A stretch of 33,157 nucleotides of DNA from Bipalium vagum (lineage: Eukaryota). Each line of letters starts with the position of its first letter. The first letter of the stretch is position 1. The translations under genes and the position numbers were made by a program. This document shows, piece by piece, positions 1-12,359 of the stretch. Under the pieces are notes generated by a model. It saw nothing but the letters and a program-made list of their open reading frames with translations, searched no databases and was not told the DNA's origin. The stretch is from NCBI GenBank assembly GCA_037834085.1, contig JBBMKC010228313.1, forward strand, positions 1-33,157. Reading direction: 5' to 3'.

Positions 1-463
1 ATAATTTTTGAATTAAAGATATGTAAGGGATTTCCGAAGAATATCAATTTTATTAACAGTTGTTTCCAAAAATAAATGGAAAATGATGCTCTTATAAATT
101 CCAAAAGTCCGATGAAAATCGATATTAAGTTCAGGCTGGATAAACTAGATCTGGCTAAGTATTGCAAAAATAATTACTGAAATAATGAAATTTGAAGATA
201 ATGATATGAAAGACTTAGAAATGATAAACTACTTAAATCTCTCACTTTAAAGCAAAATTAATACATTTAATGAGTTTAACGATCAAGAAACAAATCCACA
301 ACTTTCTGGAAATTTGTACGAATGTCTTAAATATGTACATAAAATAAATTTTGTTGAAATGAACAAATTGAATGACGTAATTGCTCAAAAAATTACTCAT
401 AATAAATGGTATACATAACATAAAAATAAATCGAAAGATGAACAAATAATACTTGTTAAAATA

Positions 464-877
464 TAGTCAACCCCCGTTATAAGGGAGTTTTCTTTAATAA
501 AAAATTTTGGATGTTGATATATTATAGGAATTTTAAGAATCCCCCGTTATATATATATATATATATATATGTTGTTTTAGTCTTAAAAGGAACTTATTTA
601 ATTTTTCAGATTAATATTTATTGGGTTTTTGCAGATTTTGAAGACAGTTTTATCTTAAACTCTCAACCAAAGGTCAAATAAACTGCTATTCTGGATTTCT
701 TTAAATAAAATATTGATGTTTTCCCTTTATAATTTGAGTTTTATGAATTTGTTTTCGTTTTGGTTTAAATAGTGCTGAGTCAGTACTCATTCTAGTATTA
801 CATAATCTAGCACCACATATATAAGGGAATCCTATTATAAGAATGTTTTCAGCTTCCGTTATAATGGTGGTAGAATG
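464..877. mobile_element. Non-autonomous pogo/Tigger-like TIR element (MITE, ~414 bp)
   Basis: The left end reads TA|TAGTCAACCCCCGTTATAAGGGA (464-). The right end reads TTCCGTTATAATGGTGGTAGAATG|TA (-877), and its reverse complement matches the left end at about two-thirds of 24 positions. TA flanks both ends. The CCCCCGTTATA / ATAAGGGA sub-motif repeats subterminally at 541 and 821. Confidence 0.65.
548..570. repeat. (TA)n microsatellite
   Basis: About 11 TA units read directly, inside the MITE. Confidence 0.95.
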
Positions 878-2399
878 TAATTTATTAAATAAAAGAGGAT
901 ATCAAGAAGCAAATCACCAGGCGTTGCAGCTAATGTTCTATTAGAAAGAATCAACGAAAAGAAAGAATCACCGGATAATCAAAATAATTTTGGATCTAAA
1001 GCAATTACACTAATTTGCGTAGATAATTCTCCTTGATAATTGGAGAATTAAAAGCAGAATTCTTGAAATCACTTTCATCAAATGAGAAAAGTCGACAAAG
1101 ATATGTCTAATACTAAAATTTAAGAACTCTTACTGATCTTATACAAAAATTAAATAATAATTTTGAAACATTTGCTCATAACCAACAATGTAAGATGAAA
1201 AATGATAATTCATTGGAAAACCTTACCAATAACAGGAAACTTGGCCCAAGTTAAGTTTCATTTCAAAGTGTTAAAAAGAAATATTTGATGATAAACTGTT
1301 CAGGCAAGAAATTGATAACGACAGAGACATAATTTAGACATGAATACAGCAAACTTGAGTTTCAAATAAAATATTGCTTGATTTAAACAAATTACAATAA
1401 AATGTCAATTTGTAACATCCATCGTTTTGATAAAGCAAGGAATTTGAAATTCGATATCAAGTGAAATTTAATAAATTAAACTTGCTTTAAAATTAAAATT
1501 TTTAAATGGAAAATGTGAGAAACTTTTATAATTGATTATTTTTAGAAAATCAAAGAATATTTTAATTTTTATAATTAATAAATATATAAGGGTTGAAAAA
1601 TTCACTTCTGATTAATTAGTAAAAATTCCAAATTTGAAAGTATAATATTACTGTGCAATTATTATTAAATTAGAAATGTATATATTTTCTACACAAAAGT
1701 GATAAAAATCTCAACAGGAAAGATTTACAATACAATATACAATAATAATAAGAATAAATTATTACGTATAAAAAAAATACACGAAATTTCGAAATCGTGG
1801 ATGTTGAGCAATGTAAGGGATATAATCAAATAATAATATTTATTGGTAAATAAATAAATATTTAAACAAGGAAATTACATTAATAATATAATAAAAGTTT
1901 AATAATAGTTACATTTGGTGGGATTTCTTAAAGTATTTTAATTAAATATTTAAATTTTAAGTTAATTTACTCAGGGTTAATCAAATGAGACATAATACCA
2001 AATCAGTGAAAACAAGATAATCCTTCAGTTAATCTGCGTAAAATATTTTAAAGGATCAAACATATGACTTTACTGTGCATTCATGGGGCGTGAACGACTT
2101 AAGAACATTTTCGACATTTTCAGCCTTTATTTGTAGTCTTACTCACCACTATACTCTTTGAACTGAATATTCTTATATTAAATATTGCTTAGTTTTATTT
2201 TTTATTATCTTATTTTTACACTGCTCCGGAAACTCGAGTTAATTTTATACCTCTTAATTGAAAGACTTCAATAAAATAATTTTAAAATAAAAGCTGAATC
2301 AAACACAGAATGGATTAAAACCTTAACCAAAGTAAAGTCAGAATTTTAAATTGCATTTTTTCTAAAATCTTTATAATCAATATTTTTATAAATTTTAAT

Positions 2400-3140
2400 T
2401 TAAGAAAGAACCCGGAAAAGATGATTAAAGAAAGATAAATCAAGATCACTCAGATAAAATTTGGTTCTCCATCATACTTGACGTGGAGAATACAAAAAAG
2501 AAAAAACTGAGAAGTTACATTAAATCAGTTAAACTATATGATCCAAGAGTATTGAAGACGACTTTTCAATTTCTAGTATTTACTTATTTTGGATTATTCA
2601 GTAATTTGTATGCTAACTGAACCAAATTTCGTCTCGTCTATGGAAGAAGAGTATGTGTCTCAAACTCCAAGAACAAGCACTAATCGAATTAGTGATTTGC
2701 ATGATAGATTGACTAACGATCAACCATAAAAAATGAAACAAAAAACAGATAAATCTCAACCAAGTACAAAACTGACTACCTGTAAAATAACATCCATTGA
2801 TAGAACAGATATCGATGGACCACAATTACCAATCACAAAATTCTGTAAAACGAAAATTTCAATTTTAATTTGAGATAGATAATGAAGACAAATCAATCCC
2901 AAACTACAGGCGGCAATTTATAAGAACTAAAAAGGACAATACTTATAGGCAGCCATTCCTTCTCGAGACGAGAATAATTCAGAGGGGAGAAGGGTTGGTA
3001 TCCATAGAAAGAGTTCCCAGTACCCACAGCACACTTTATCAATCCAATACCAAACACCACAAAGGACCCGGAACAGCGGTAAACCGATCAAGAGCTGATG
3101 GAGAATGTTTCAAAAGTTCACAATTGATGTTTGACTAAAT
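2400..3140 (+). mobile_element. Probable Gypsy-type LTR retrotransposon remnant: integrase C-terminal tail, polypurine tract and start of a 3' LTR
   Basis: The decayed translation ...KFGSPSYL...(H)LNQLKLYDPR needs a frameshift and resembles the G-x-x-S-Y...H-x-N-Q-L-K tail of Gypsy integrases. A purine run AGAGGGGAGAAGGG at 2981-2994 is followed by TTGGTAT. Confidence 0.45.
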
Positions 3141-3479
3141 TATATTTTGTGATTTTTGCACAAAAAAGCTTTGTTAGGCTTATTTTTTTTAGTTTTTAGA
3201 CCATTTGATAAGTAATTTTATATTTTATTTTATAATTTTATAATCTTAATTTATAAATCTGTTTTTAATTAATTTAAATAAATTATTTAATAATAAATAC
3301 AAATTTTGGGTTGAAGTTAAATAAAACTTAACCCACAAAATTAATAAAGATATTGGAATTAATAATCATGATTCAGAAAATGAAAACTTTCTATAAATAT
3401 ATTAATATGAGTAAATATTAATATTTGGGTAGACATATTTAGTAAGTTCTATAATATAAAAACTTTCCTAAAATAGCAA

Positions 3480-3950
3480 CAGCCCACAGATCACTCTATT
3501 AATAGAAAGTTTTATTTTGAATCAGTCAATAGGGCAGACAAGAGATGTCGGTGGGAACTATAAAAACAGCTCTCAGAACTGATGAGTTTAAGAAGCGAAA
3601 TTGATTTTTTAAAAGATGAGTAAGTTTTATGCTAATTTATTACAAGAGCCAAATTGAATTTCGGGACTTGTGGGAGGTTTAAGAGACTCCAGAGATCCAC
3701 TTTGGAGTCTCAAAAATGTAATTGTTTAATAAAACTACAATTTAAAATTTTTCTTGCTATAATTCTAACATTTTTATTGTGTGATTTTAGAGGGTCTGAA
3801 ATTTTGTGGCATAACCTGAGACATTTGCAAGACATTGTGATATTTTGCATAGTATTTTGAGACATTTGGGAATATTTTAGCTGTGTCATTGTTCCGTTTG
3901 AATAAATATTTTAGACTTAAGTATTATTTGCTTAACGAAAGTATTTTAAT
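3480..3950 (+). mobile_element. LTR-like repeat, copy A (possible solo LTR)
   Basis: TATAAAAA-CAGCTCTCAGAA at 3559, GAGACTCC, GAGACATT and AATAAA-TATTTTAGACTTA at 3901. The same ordered motifs occur in 8030-8560. Boundaries are approximate. Confidence 0.45.
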
Positions 3951-4977
3951 TTAGACGAACATAATTTAGCAAATATATTTTTATTAAGAATAACTGCTGA
4001 CTAAATATTTAAATAATTGCTTTAAAGTACGCTTTATTCCAATAATTTAAATGAATTTGAAGTGATACTTATTTTCAAAGACGTTTAAAAATTAAAATAA
4101 TACTGAAAGTATTTCGTTTTTAGTGATTATTGATTATGATCTTTCTATTTATTTATAAAAATTGATTTTAGGAACCAGGTATTTCCAGAAGAAATAAGAT
4201 TTCTTGAGAAAATGTGAAGAGAAGCACCAACTAAGGACATCCCTGGGATTTTATAACATAGAGAACTCAGAAAATGAAGATTAAAAGTTCTAAATTATTC
4301 ATAATATGTTGATTCAAATTGCCACTTAGTTCAATTTCTTAATCAAACCCGATTTTCGAAACATTTCATCATTTAAAATTATTAAAAATCGAATCTCATT
4401 TCGGAATTTTCAATTTTCATAAGTATCACAATCAATAATTTTTATTATTGATCATACAATACGATTTATCAACTTCGAATATCTGTTTCTTACTACTACT
4501 TGTCTTTAAAAATGAACAAAATTCTTTCTAAACATCTTTTGCGAATTTTTAACAATCTTTTTTTATTTTAAAACGATTTTAAACCAATCAAATTAAGACC
4601 ATCACTGGATTGTAACGGTAACATGCATGTGGTTGATAATTAGAATATTAAAAAATAATCAATCAAAGAAAAGTCATTTTAGATAAAAATATATAAATCT
4701 TTAAGAAATTTAGGTTATATTTTCTTGTGGCAAAATATTAACATTTGTTTATTTTTTTATTAACATTACTGTATTTTATGCATATATAAACCAGTGCATA
4801 AATTAAAAAAAGCATTGTTTCTCCTAGTTCTTATTTACAAATCAATATTTATAATAATAAATAATCCGGAAACCAAAAAGTCAATGTGAAGAAATAAAAA
4901 AGCTTGAAACTAGAATTATAAAATAGTTAGTAATAAATGAAACTGAGGTATATTCATACTGATTTAAGAAATATCAC

Positions 4978-5400
4978 TCAATAAGTCCCCGGTCTGACAC
5001 ATTTATCGAATGATATAGTGATAAAATTTAAAAAGATTATTAATTCTATAGTTCACAACAGATTACATTTTGCGTTAAATATCTCTCACTTTAATTTACT
5101 TGTGGGAAAATAATAATTTAAAAGATTAACCTTAATTCCTGCATAATAAGAGGCGGTACTTTCTATAGGCCCTGATTAAGGTAAGTCAAACAAGCTGAGA
5201 AAAGAGGATTATTATTTTATTAAAAAAGAAAGATAGGAACCTAGACTTAATTATTTGAATTATTTTAATAAAACGGCACACGAAAACGAGTATTTAATTT
5301 GGGAAAACAGACCCGATTATAAGAAAGAAAACGATATATTCATGTTGTTTCTGAAGATAAGTGATAAGAACCCGTTCTCGACCTAGAACCGGGGACTACT
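4978..5400. mobile_element. Mariner (irritans/Himar1-like) ITR remnant, possible MITE
   Basis: ATAAGTCCCCGGTCTGACACAT at 4981-5002 matches the inner Himar1 ITR and adjacent bases as I recall them. An inverted partial match, ACCGGGGACT, lies at 5388-5397. Confidence 0.5.
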
Positions 5401-6025
5401 ACCGTTCTAAATATATTTCATTTTATTTTCATTTTGCTTGACATTAATTTTTTTTATTTAGTAGAGACACGATCCCGATGATTCCAAAGATAAATGATGT
5501 ATGCATGGAGATCAACATGGATCCTATAATTACAGTTCAATCCTTATTTAATATTTAATAATAATAGTAACGAAATTATTATTACTATTTTCTTGGTCAA
5601 TATCTTTACGAACAGATTAGAATATTACTTAATTAAACTGAATTTTATTAAATTACCATATTTTGGTAATTTCCCTTAATATAAATAGAAATTATAACTG
5701 GTGTCATAATCATTATTTGATTTAAGCCAATTGAAATATTATTTAATTAAACTATATATTGAGTATTATTATTTTAATAATTTCAGTGGTCATAATATTT
5801 ATATTACTTAATTTAATTAGTTACATATTTAGACCTAAAAATGTTATTAATAGTTTTATAGTAAAAATAAGAATTTATAAATGTTTGGTTCGACAAAGAC
5901 ACTATAATGGTATGATAGAAAATAAAATTAAAGAAGAGGACCAAAATAGGGTCTGAATAATAATAAAAGTTCGTAAAATTAACAATACTGTAATAATCAA
6001 ATAATTATAATAATGTATCATTATA

Positions 6026-6320
6026 TTATGTTGTCCCATAAAAACGAAGCTTTTTGTTAAAAAGTTTCAACGGATTGTTTTTATTTTAACAGATAAAATT
6101 CACGAAAAAAATAAAATCTATGCTTTAAACACGCTCGGCTATCTTTTGGATTCCAATTTTATACCATTCTGTATGTTTTGAATCAAAAAGTTTCATCAAT
6201 TTATCGGGAATAATTTTTTCATTTTCAAAGCCCCAATTCTCGGAAAAAAATGAGACTTTGAGCGACATGTTTCATTTAAGTCTTAATAACAAAAAACGAT
6301 ATTTTTATGGGTTAACATAA
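6026..6320 (-). mobile_element. Internally deleted mariner element (295 bp)
   Basis: TIRs are TA|TTATGTTGTCCCATAAAAACGAAGCTTTTTGTT and AACAAAAAACGATATTTTTATGGGTTAACATAA|TA. The minus strand encodes ...LFDSKHTEWYKIGIQKIAERV*, typical of the mariner transposase C-terminus (FDSK..FY..GI.KL.ERW). Confidence 0.85.
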
Positions 6321-7564
6321 TAATAAAAGTAGTATCATACTAACAATTATTATATTTTTTAAAACGCTATAAGTAGAGACATATTTTTAAGTAATGTTCT
6401 TTTGCTAATCTTGTGTTATTTTGGATTTGATAGATATTTTAGTCATTATTCAACAATTTTTTAATACTCTATATTATCTGTGTAGAACGAACAACTGGTG
6501 ATAGTTTGAAGATTTTGAGTAGGTATAATTGTGATTCAAATATATCTTATTGTGTTTCGACTGATTATTACACCAACCATTAAGGAAGTATCAAATTTGA
6601 GTTCGAATAATATCGTTAACTTGAATCCTAGTTTAAGTAACTCAAACAAATTTTTATATGATATATACCGATTGCTTTTTTATCTATCGTGTGATAGAGA
6701 ATCAGCGAAAGTGTAGACAGGATCTTCCTGATATCCTATTTCTGGAAGTTTAACGTGTTTGGATACGATTTGAAAGGTGTTGACTATTGATTGATTAATT
6801 TCATGACATTTCACTTTGGCATTTTTTATGAAATCTTGTTGTTGTGAGTTTGGAGAATAAAATCTTACTGCTCTAATTATTGTTCATTAATATTGTTTAA
6901 CCTAAAATCTATAAAGTGAGTGAGTAAGCACAGTTTTTTAATATATGATAAAACATGTTAATTAAATAGTAGCAATTGTCTATAGGATCATTTCTATTTG
7001 GATTTTGTTCTTTTCTCCTTTCATACCCGTTATGCTCTTACTTTTACTCCTCAAGTTACTTCCCTGGGTTAGTATGACGACCTCATCGTCTATAGGCGAC
7101 CTTATTACTACTCTAGTTCAAGAAAAAAAATAGATCATTTTGTTTTTAAGAAAATGGAAAGAAAAAGGCGTTGCTAAAGATTTCAATTTATATGCCTAAA
7201 ATTACATTTTATTTTCTTTTAATTAGCAGTCATAGTAAATTTTAATAATAATTTAAATAATTGCGTACAGTACTTGTCTTGTTCACAAGCCAAAGTATCA
7301 TACCTTTCGATTCCTAAATAAATAAAAATTAATATATTAATGTTTTATTAATAATATTTAATATACCTTGATTTGAAAACAAATCAAAATATATCAACTA
7401 TTGTATTAACTATTATTTTATTTCGATTTTTTAGAATAAAAACAAAATCCTAAATATATTATTGATTATAAACTACTTTTAAAAATAAAAATTCAAGCTC
7501 AACACTTGAGAATCAACTTTGTTTCTTTTTTTTTCTTCTTATACTTTTGTTTGTGAATTTTGAT

Positions 7565-7795
7565 TGTTTCACACGCTAAGTGTGGCTGTGAGACAAATTG
7601 TTTTTCTTTAACGAGGACCTCTCCGTCTAAGAACATTTTTTAATAAAAGGATTTATATTTTTTTTTAAAAACCAAATACATATTTATAATTCTGAATTAG
7701 TTATTTTAATTAAATATAACACGTTTATCAACCTTCACACGTTAAGACTTAACCGACAATTCATTTTAGCTCCACATATTTTTTAGGAACTTAAC
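7565..7795 (-). repeat. Unclassified dispersed repeat, inverted copy of 12360-12665
   Basis: The reverse complement contains GTCTTAACGTGTGAAGGTTG and TCTTAG...AGAGGTCCTCG-TTAAAGAAAAA...CTCAC...CTTAGCGTGTGAA. These match 12416-12434 and 12602-12663. Confidence 0.8.
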
Positions 7796-8029
7796 AAAAT
7801 TTTAGAATTTTCACTTTGGTTTAACTCTTGTTTATAAGGAGATATAAAACAATTGTACTACAGTTGGTAAAATCTATTGACAATTATTCAACATTATCGT
7901 ATGTTATTATGCTGCGATTAATAAAGTTTTAGACTTATGCGTTATTTGATTTTGAAAGATTGGTGGAATTACTAATTAATTTCACTAATTAAACCAATAT
8001 TGACTGTTTCCCTGATTGAGTTCAACATT

Positions 8030-8560
8030 CAATCTCAATTTAGCTTAAAATAGTTCATTATAATAAAGAGCTTTCCAGTTGTAAGTTTTTGACCGGATTG
8101 AAAAGTACGTAATATAAAAAAGGCTCCCAAAAACAGGGAGTGCAAACTATTGATAGTTTTAGTATTAATATTTTTTTATTAATTAATAATTGCATCAGTA
8201 TTAATTATGACGATAAGACTATTGATCGTAATCAAGTAATTTTCAATGACGATACATGCCAATGATTGCACTAAGACTCCGATTGAGCTTAGTAGCTAAT
8301 AGGAGACCGAGAAAACTCAAAATAGTTGTCAATCGTAGAGAATAAATAAGTAAAAAAAAAGTGAATTCTCAATAATTTTTTTGTATTTTTATTTTTATTT
8401 ACTTTATTTTATTTTTTCATTCATCGTGGAGGTTGATTGATTGTGATTTCATTGAGACATTCTGATATGTTGTGATGTATTTTAAAACATTATCCCGATT
8501 TAATAAATGTTTTAGACTTACGTGTTATTGATTTCTAAAGTGGGTTGATTATCAGAGAAA
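8030..8560 (+). mobile_element. LTR-like repeat, copy B (with a partial extra 3' end at about 7900-7970)
   Basis: TATAAAAA-AGGCTCCCAAAA at 8113, AAGACTCC, GAGACATT and AATAAATGTTTTAGACTTACGTGTTATTGATTT at 8502. A near-identical AATAAAGTTTTAGACTTATGCGTTATTTGATTT lies at 7920. Confidence 0.45.
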
Positions 8561-9400
8561 AAATTGGCCTCAAAAGAGATAAGTGCCAAACCTTTGGTAA
8601 TATGATTAACAAATTTCAAAATCGGAAAAAAAATAAAAGAAACTACTTGGGAAAATATCTTTTGTTAAAAATTAAGAAAATGAAATTTTTGGAAAAAATT
8701 AGAAAGGTTCAAAAAATTTCCCAATGATTTTAAACTTAACAAATCAACTTTGTAAACTGTTTTCATCAAATTTTTAATTTCAAATAACTTTCTGTTCACG
8801 AAAATGAAATAAAATTAAAAAAATTAAAATGAAATCTCCATTTTTTTGCAAGTTGCATAATAATAAGAAATAAAGAGCTAAAAATAAATAAAGAAAAAAA
8901 ATATAAAATAAATAATTAAATTTTATAAATAGAATTAAAAATATTAATTTAGGATACTTGATTTTTGATCAGTAATTTATCAGTTAATTTATTTTAAGGT
9001 AGAATAAATTTACTAACAATGTTTGTCGTAATTTTACATTATAGTTCACCAAGAGTATCATAGCACAGCAGTTTGAGTTTGAGTTTGATTGATGAATGAA
9101 ATGAAAAGGTTATACTCTCAGTTTGTATGATTGTAAAATAATCGCTAATAAAAACATTCAAGAAATATTTGCTGTTTTGAATTTTATTTTATGAGCTCTA
9201 GTAATTTTCCAAAGCAGCCTCCAAGTAGGTTAGGTGAGCTAAGAGTTTTAGCAACAATATTATTTTTTTTCATGTCCATAAGAGAGAAAAAGAACAAAAA
9301 AAATTTAGAAAGTCAAAAATCTAAATTAAAAAGGGTTTTAAGGGAGTTTGACTAGTTTCATTGAATTTTAAAATTTATCATCAATATGGTTTTTCTCATA

Positions 9401-10286
9401 CAGGGTCGTCGACATAAATCCGGAAATTTTTCAAAGTTGTATTAAAAGAAGATTATTTGAGTAATCAAGTTAATTATTTTTGTTTAAGTAAGGTAATTTA
9501 TCAATAAAATAGATTATTCAAATTTGAATTATTTAATAGTATTCATGGCTTCAGAATATGTCCGAAGAGGCGCAGTGTTGGAATCACTTCGCGCCGGAAG
9601 AAAACCAAAAGAAATAATTGAATGGTTTGGCTACAACAAGACCCAAACTTATGACTTGGCAAAGATATAAGCAGAAACTAAGGACAAGGAAGCATTCAAT
9701 GCCAAAATAAAATGTGGTTAGCAGTGAAGACCATGTAATGCCTCCTCATTTTTTCCATCATGATCTTAAGGTTGATGCTGACACCTAGATCGGAGTACTA
9801 AACGCGGTTGTCAAACCGTGGATGGACGAAATAGCCGGTGAGGGATTGTATGTCTTCCAACAAGACTCGGCTCCTACTCATAAAGAAGAAAAGCACGAGC
9901 ATGGCTTTACGAAAATCTACCATATCATTGGTCACCTGATTTATGGCATCCCTCCAGTCCAGGTTGCAATCCTCTCAATTTTTACCTATGGGGCGTGGTT
10001 TAGTCACAAGTTAACTCAAAAAACATAAACACAAGTCTTTACAGGAGGGCACCATGAAGATAATGGCTAAATTGGAAAAGGAGAAAATAAGCAAACATGC
10101 TGCTCATCCGACCTTGACTCGAGACGGTTATGATTTCTAATAACCGATAATAACATCAAATAATCCTAAAAATTATACTTTCATTCAGTTATATGCTAAT
10201 TTTTATTGTAAAAAAGTTATTAGTTTTGTCTAAATACGTCTTTTTATTAAGATTAAAAAATTTCCGGATTTATCTCGACGACCCTT
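9401..10286 (+). mobile_element. maT (DD37D) Tc1/mariner element, internally deleted, transposase pseudogene
   Basis: TIRs of about 31 bp, CAGGGTCGTCGACATAAATCCGGAAATTTTT and AAAAATTTCCGGATTTATCTCGACGACCCTT, with TA on both sides. From ATG 9545 it reads MASEYVRRGAVLESLRAGRKPKEIIEWFGY..., then VMPPHFF...KPWMDEIAG..YVFQQDSAPTHK...W.PSSP..NPL(N). After one frameshift there are 37 residues between the second and third catalytic positions. Stops are present. Confidence 0.92.
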
Positions 10287-10439
10287 TATATGACAATAAA
10301 GTTGAATTTTTTGATTTTATTACATTTTACAAATAATGTTTTAATTTATTTATTTTTCATTTTTTTATTTTGTATTATTATCAAAAAGAAAGATAATTGC
10401 TATTTTTTAATAAAACAAGTCATAAAATAAAATCAAGTG

Positions 10440-11830
10440 AAATAAATTAAAATATATTTATAATAACTCTAAAAAAATACCTAGATACAAATCCACTAAA
10501 ACAATCTAAAAGTGAATAAACCTCTTCTCGTTAGCACTTATGAATACAAAATAAATATTGATTATAAAATATATATAAATGAAGATATATCAATAATTTT
10601 TATTTTTGAAAATACAGCGCTATTCATAAAAAATTTTTCTTAATTCTATTTTCTAACCCAATTCTATGGTATAACTTTTTAATAAATAAAATGGCCTTCT
10701 AAATTGACTATTACTTGTGCTTCTATTAAAATTAATATGTATCTATCTTTGCTGGACTCATACATTTTTTCAAAATTCCCTTCTTTCCCAGACAGGTAAC
10801 CAGAATATAATGTATGAAAATGACATTCTATTTTAGCGCAAGTAATACGAGAAGAAAAGAAATCTGTGTAGGTAATGAAAGAGAATTTTTTTAAAGAAGA
10901 AAAAGTTCAAACGTAAATTCAATTTCACAAGAAAAAGCTTTAAAAATCGCAATTCAGTGTTACCATGCAAGAAATATTACTGAAAAGATCGATTGGTGTA
11001 CTTTAATAAAAACTTATTCAATAGGTTATCACTAAGAGAAAAATATCAAAGTTAAGAGTCTTTGTAATTCAAGACGATTTCAGTGTCAAAAAATTACTGC
11101 AGAAGATAAATAATAGCAGCCAATGATCCATTAGCCAACAGTAACAGCAAGTTATTAATTGACAATCAGAATAACAGGATCCAGAATTCTGTAACTACGA
11201 TGATAAATACCTGATTACTTTTTAAGGTCAATGTTACCAAAATATTAAACAGAAATATTTCATAATACACTTTTCAGCTGCAAAACTGATAATCTCCAAA
11301 CCGATTGATCACAATCGAAACATTAAGTAAATATGAATTCAAAATACTGGTATTTCAAATAAATACTGCTTGTTTGGAAAAAAATTACAATAAAATATTA
11401 ATTTGAAGCATCTAATCGTTTAGATAACGCAATAAAATTTAAATTTAATTATAATTAAAATTTTTTATTTATATAGGTTTTAAAAATGAGAAACCAAAAA
11501 ATATTTTATTATCGATTACCTAATACTTTAAATTTATTTAATAAATAAGGTCGGTTTGAAAAATCCATGTCCCATTAATAAGAATTCCAATATCGAAAGT
11601 ATTATACTGGTTTTACAATTATTAACATTTTTACTATTAAATTATAAATTCCAGGACAAAAAGTTGAAATTTTTATGAAATATCCAATAATAATTTAAAT
11701 AATTTATTATAAATTAAAAAACATACATGAAATATCGTAATCTTAGACAATGTTGAAAAATGAATAGAATATAATCAGATATTATTATTTATTGGTAAAT
11801 AACTATTTAAACAAAGCAATCACCTTAATA
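10440..11830 (+). repeat. Unclassified dispersed repeat, copy 2 (paralog of 250-1890)
   Basis: For example, 11750-11830 TGTTGAAAAATGAATAGAATATAATCAGAT...TTATTGGTAAATAACTATTTAAACAAAGCAAT aligns with 1802-1880 TGTTGAGCAATGTAAGGGATATAATCAAAT...TTATTGGTAAATAAATAAATATTTAAACAAGGAAAT. Confidence 0.7.
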
Positions 11831-12359
11831 ATTTTTAAATATATTTTAATGAAATCTATGAAAAATAAGTACATGGTTATATTTTCTTTTTTCATAAAAT
11901 TTCTTGCATATTTAATTATAGATATTTTTTTCAAGTATTTAATTAGGTAAAAATTTATTTGAAATATGTCATCAAATATAATTAATATTTAAGTGTACAA
12001 AATATTGTTAACAAGATAACATGAATTTTAAATATAATTTCAATTGTTTGAAAAAATTATAACATTGATGCGTAGTTTTATAAATTAATATAAAAATTTC
12101 TGTACAGGTGAATTACATTTATTGGTCGAACTTCGATATCACTGCAGCTCTTTTGAAACAGTTAAGTATGTTTTACCACTAATTTTTACTATGTAATTTT
12201 TTAGTTTTAGAAATTTACTTTTATGCGAAATTAAAAATTAAAAGGAAATCTATCTATAAAAGAAAAGCTGTTTATTTCTCAATTTTTTTGAAAAAAATTA
12301 ACACATTTCTAAATTTTCGTTTCTTATTCACTTATTTTCATTTATTTTTATTAGATTTT

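Larger units (their letters stand above)
250..1890 (+). repeat. Unclassified dispersed repeat, copy 1 (decayed coding-like sequence, interrupted by the 464-877 MITE)
   Basis: Shares collinear similarity blocks with 10440-11830: ACAAATCCAC; TTTCAAATAAA-TA-TGCTTG; AAATTACAATAAAAT; AATTCCAA-T-GAAAGTAT; TTTATTGGTAAATAA...TATTTAAACAA. Confidence 0.7.
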
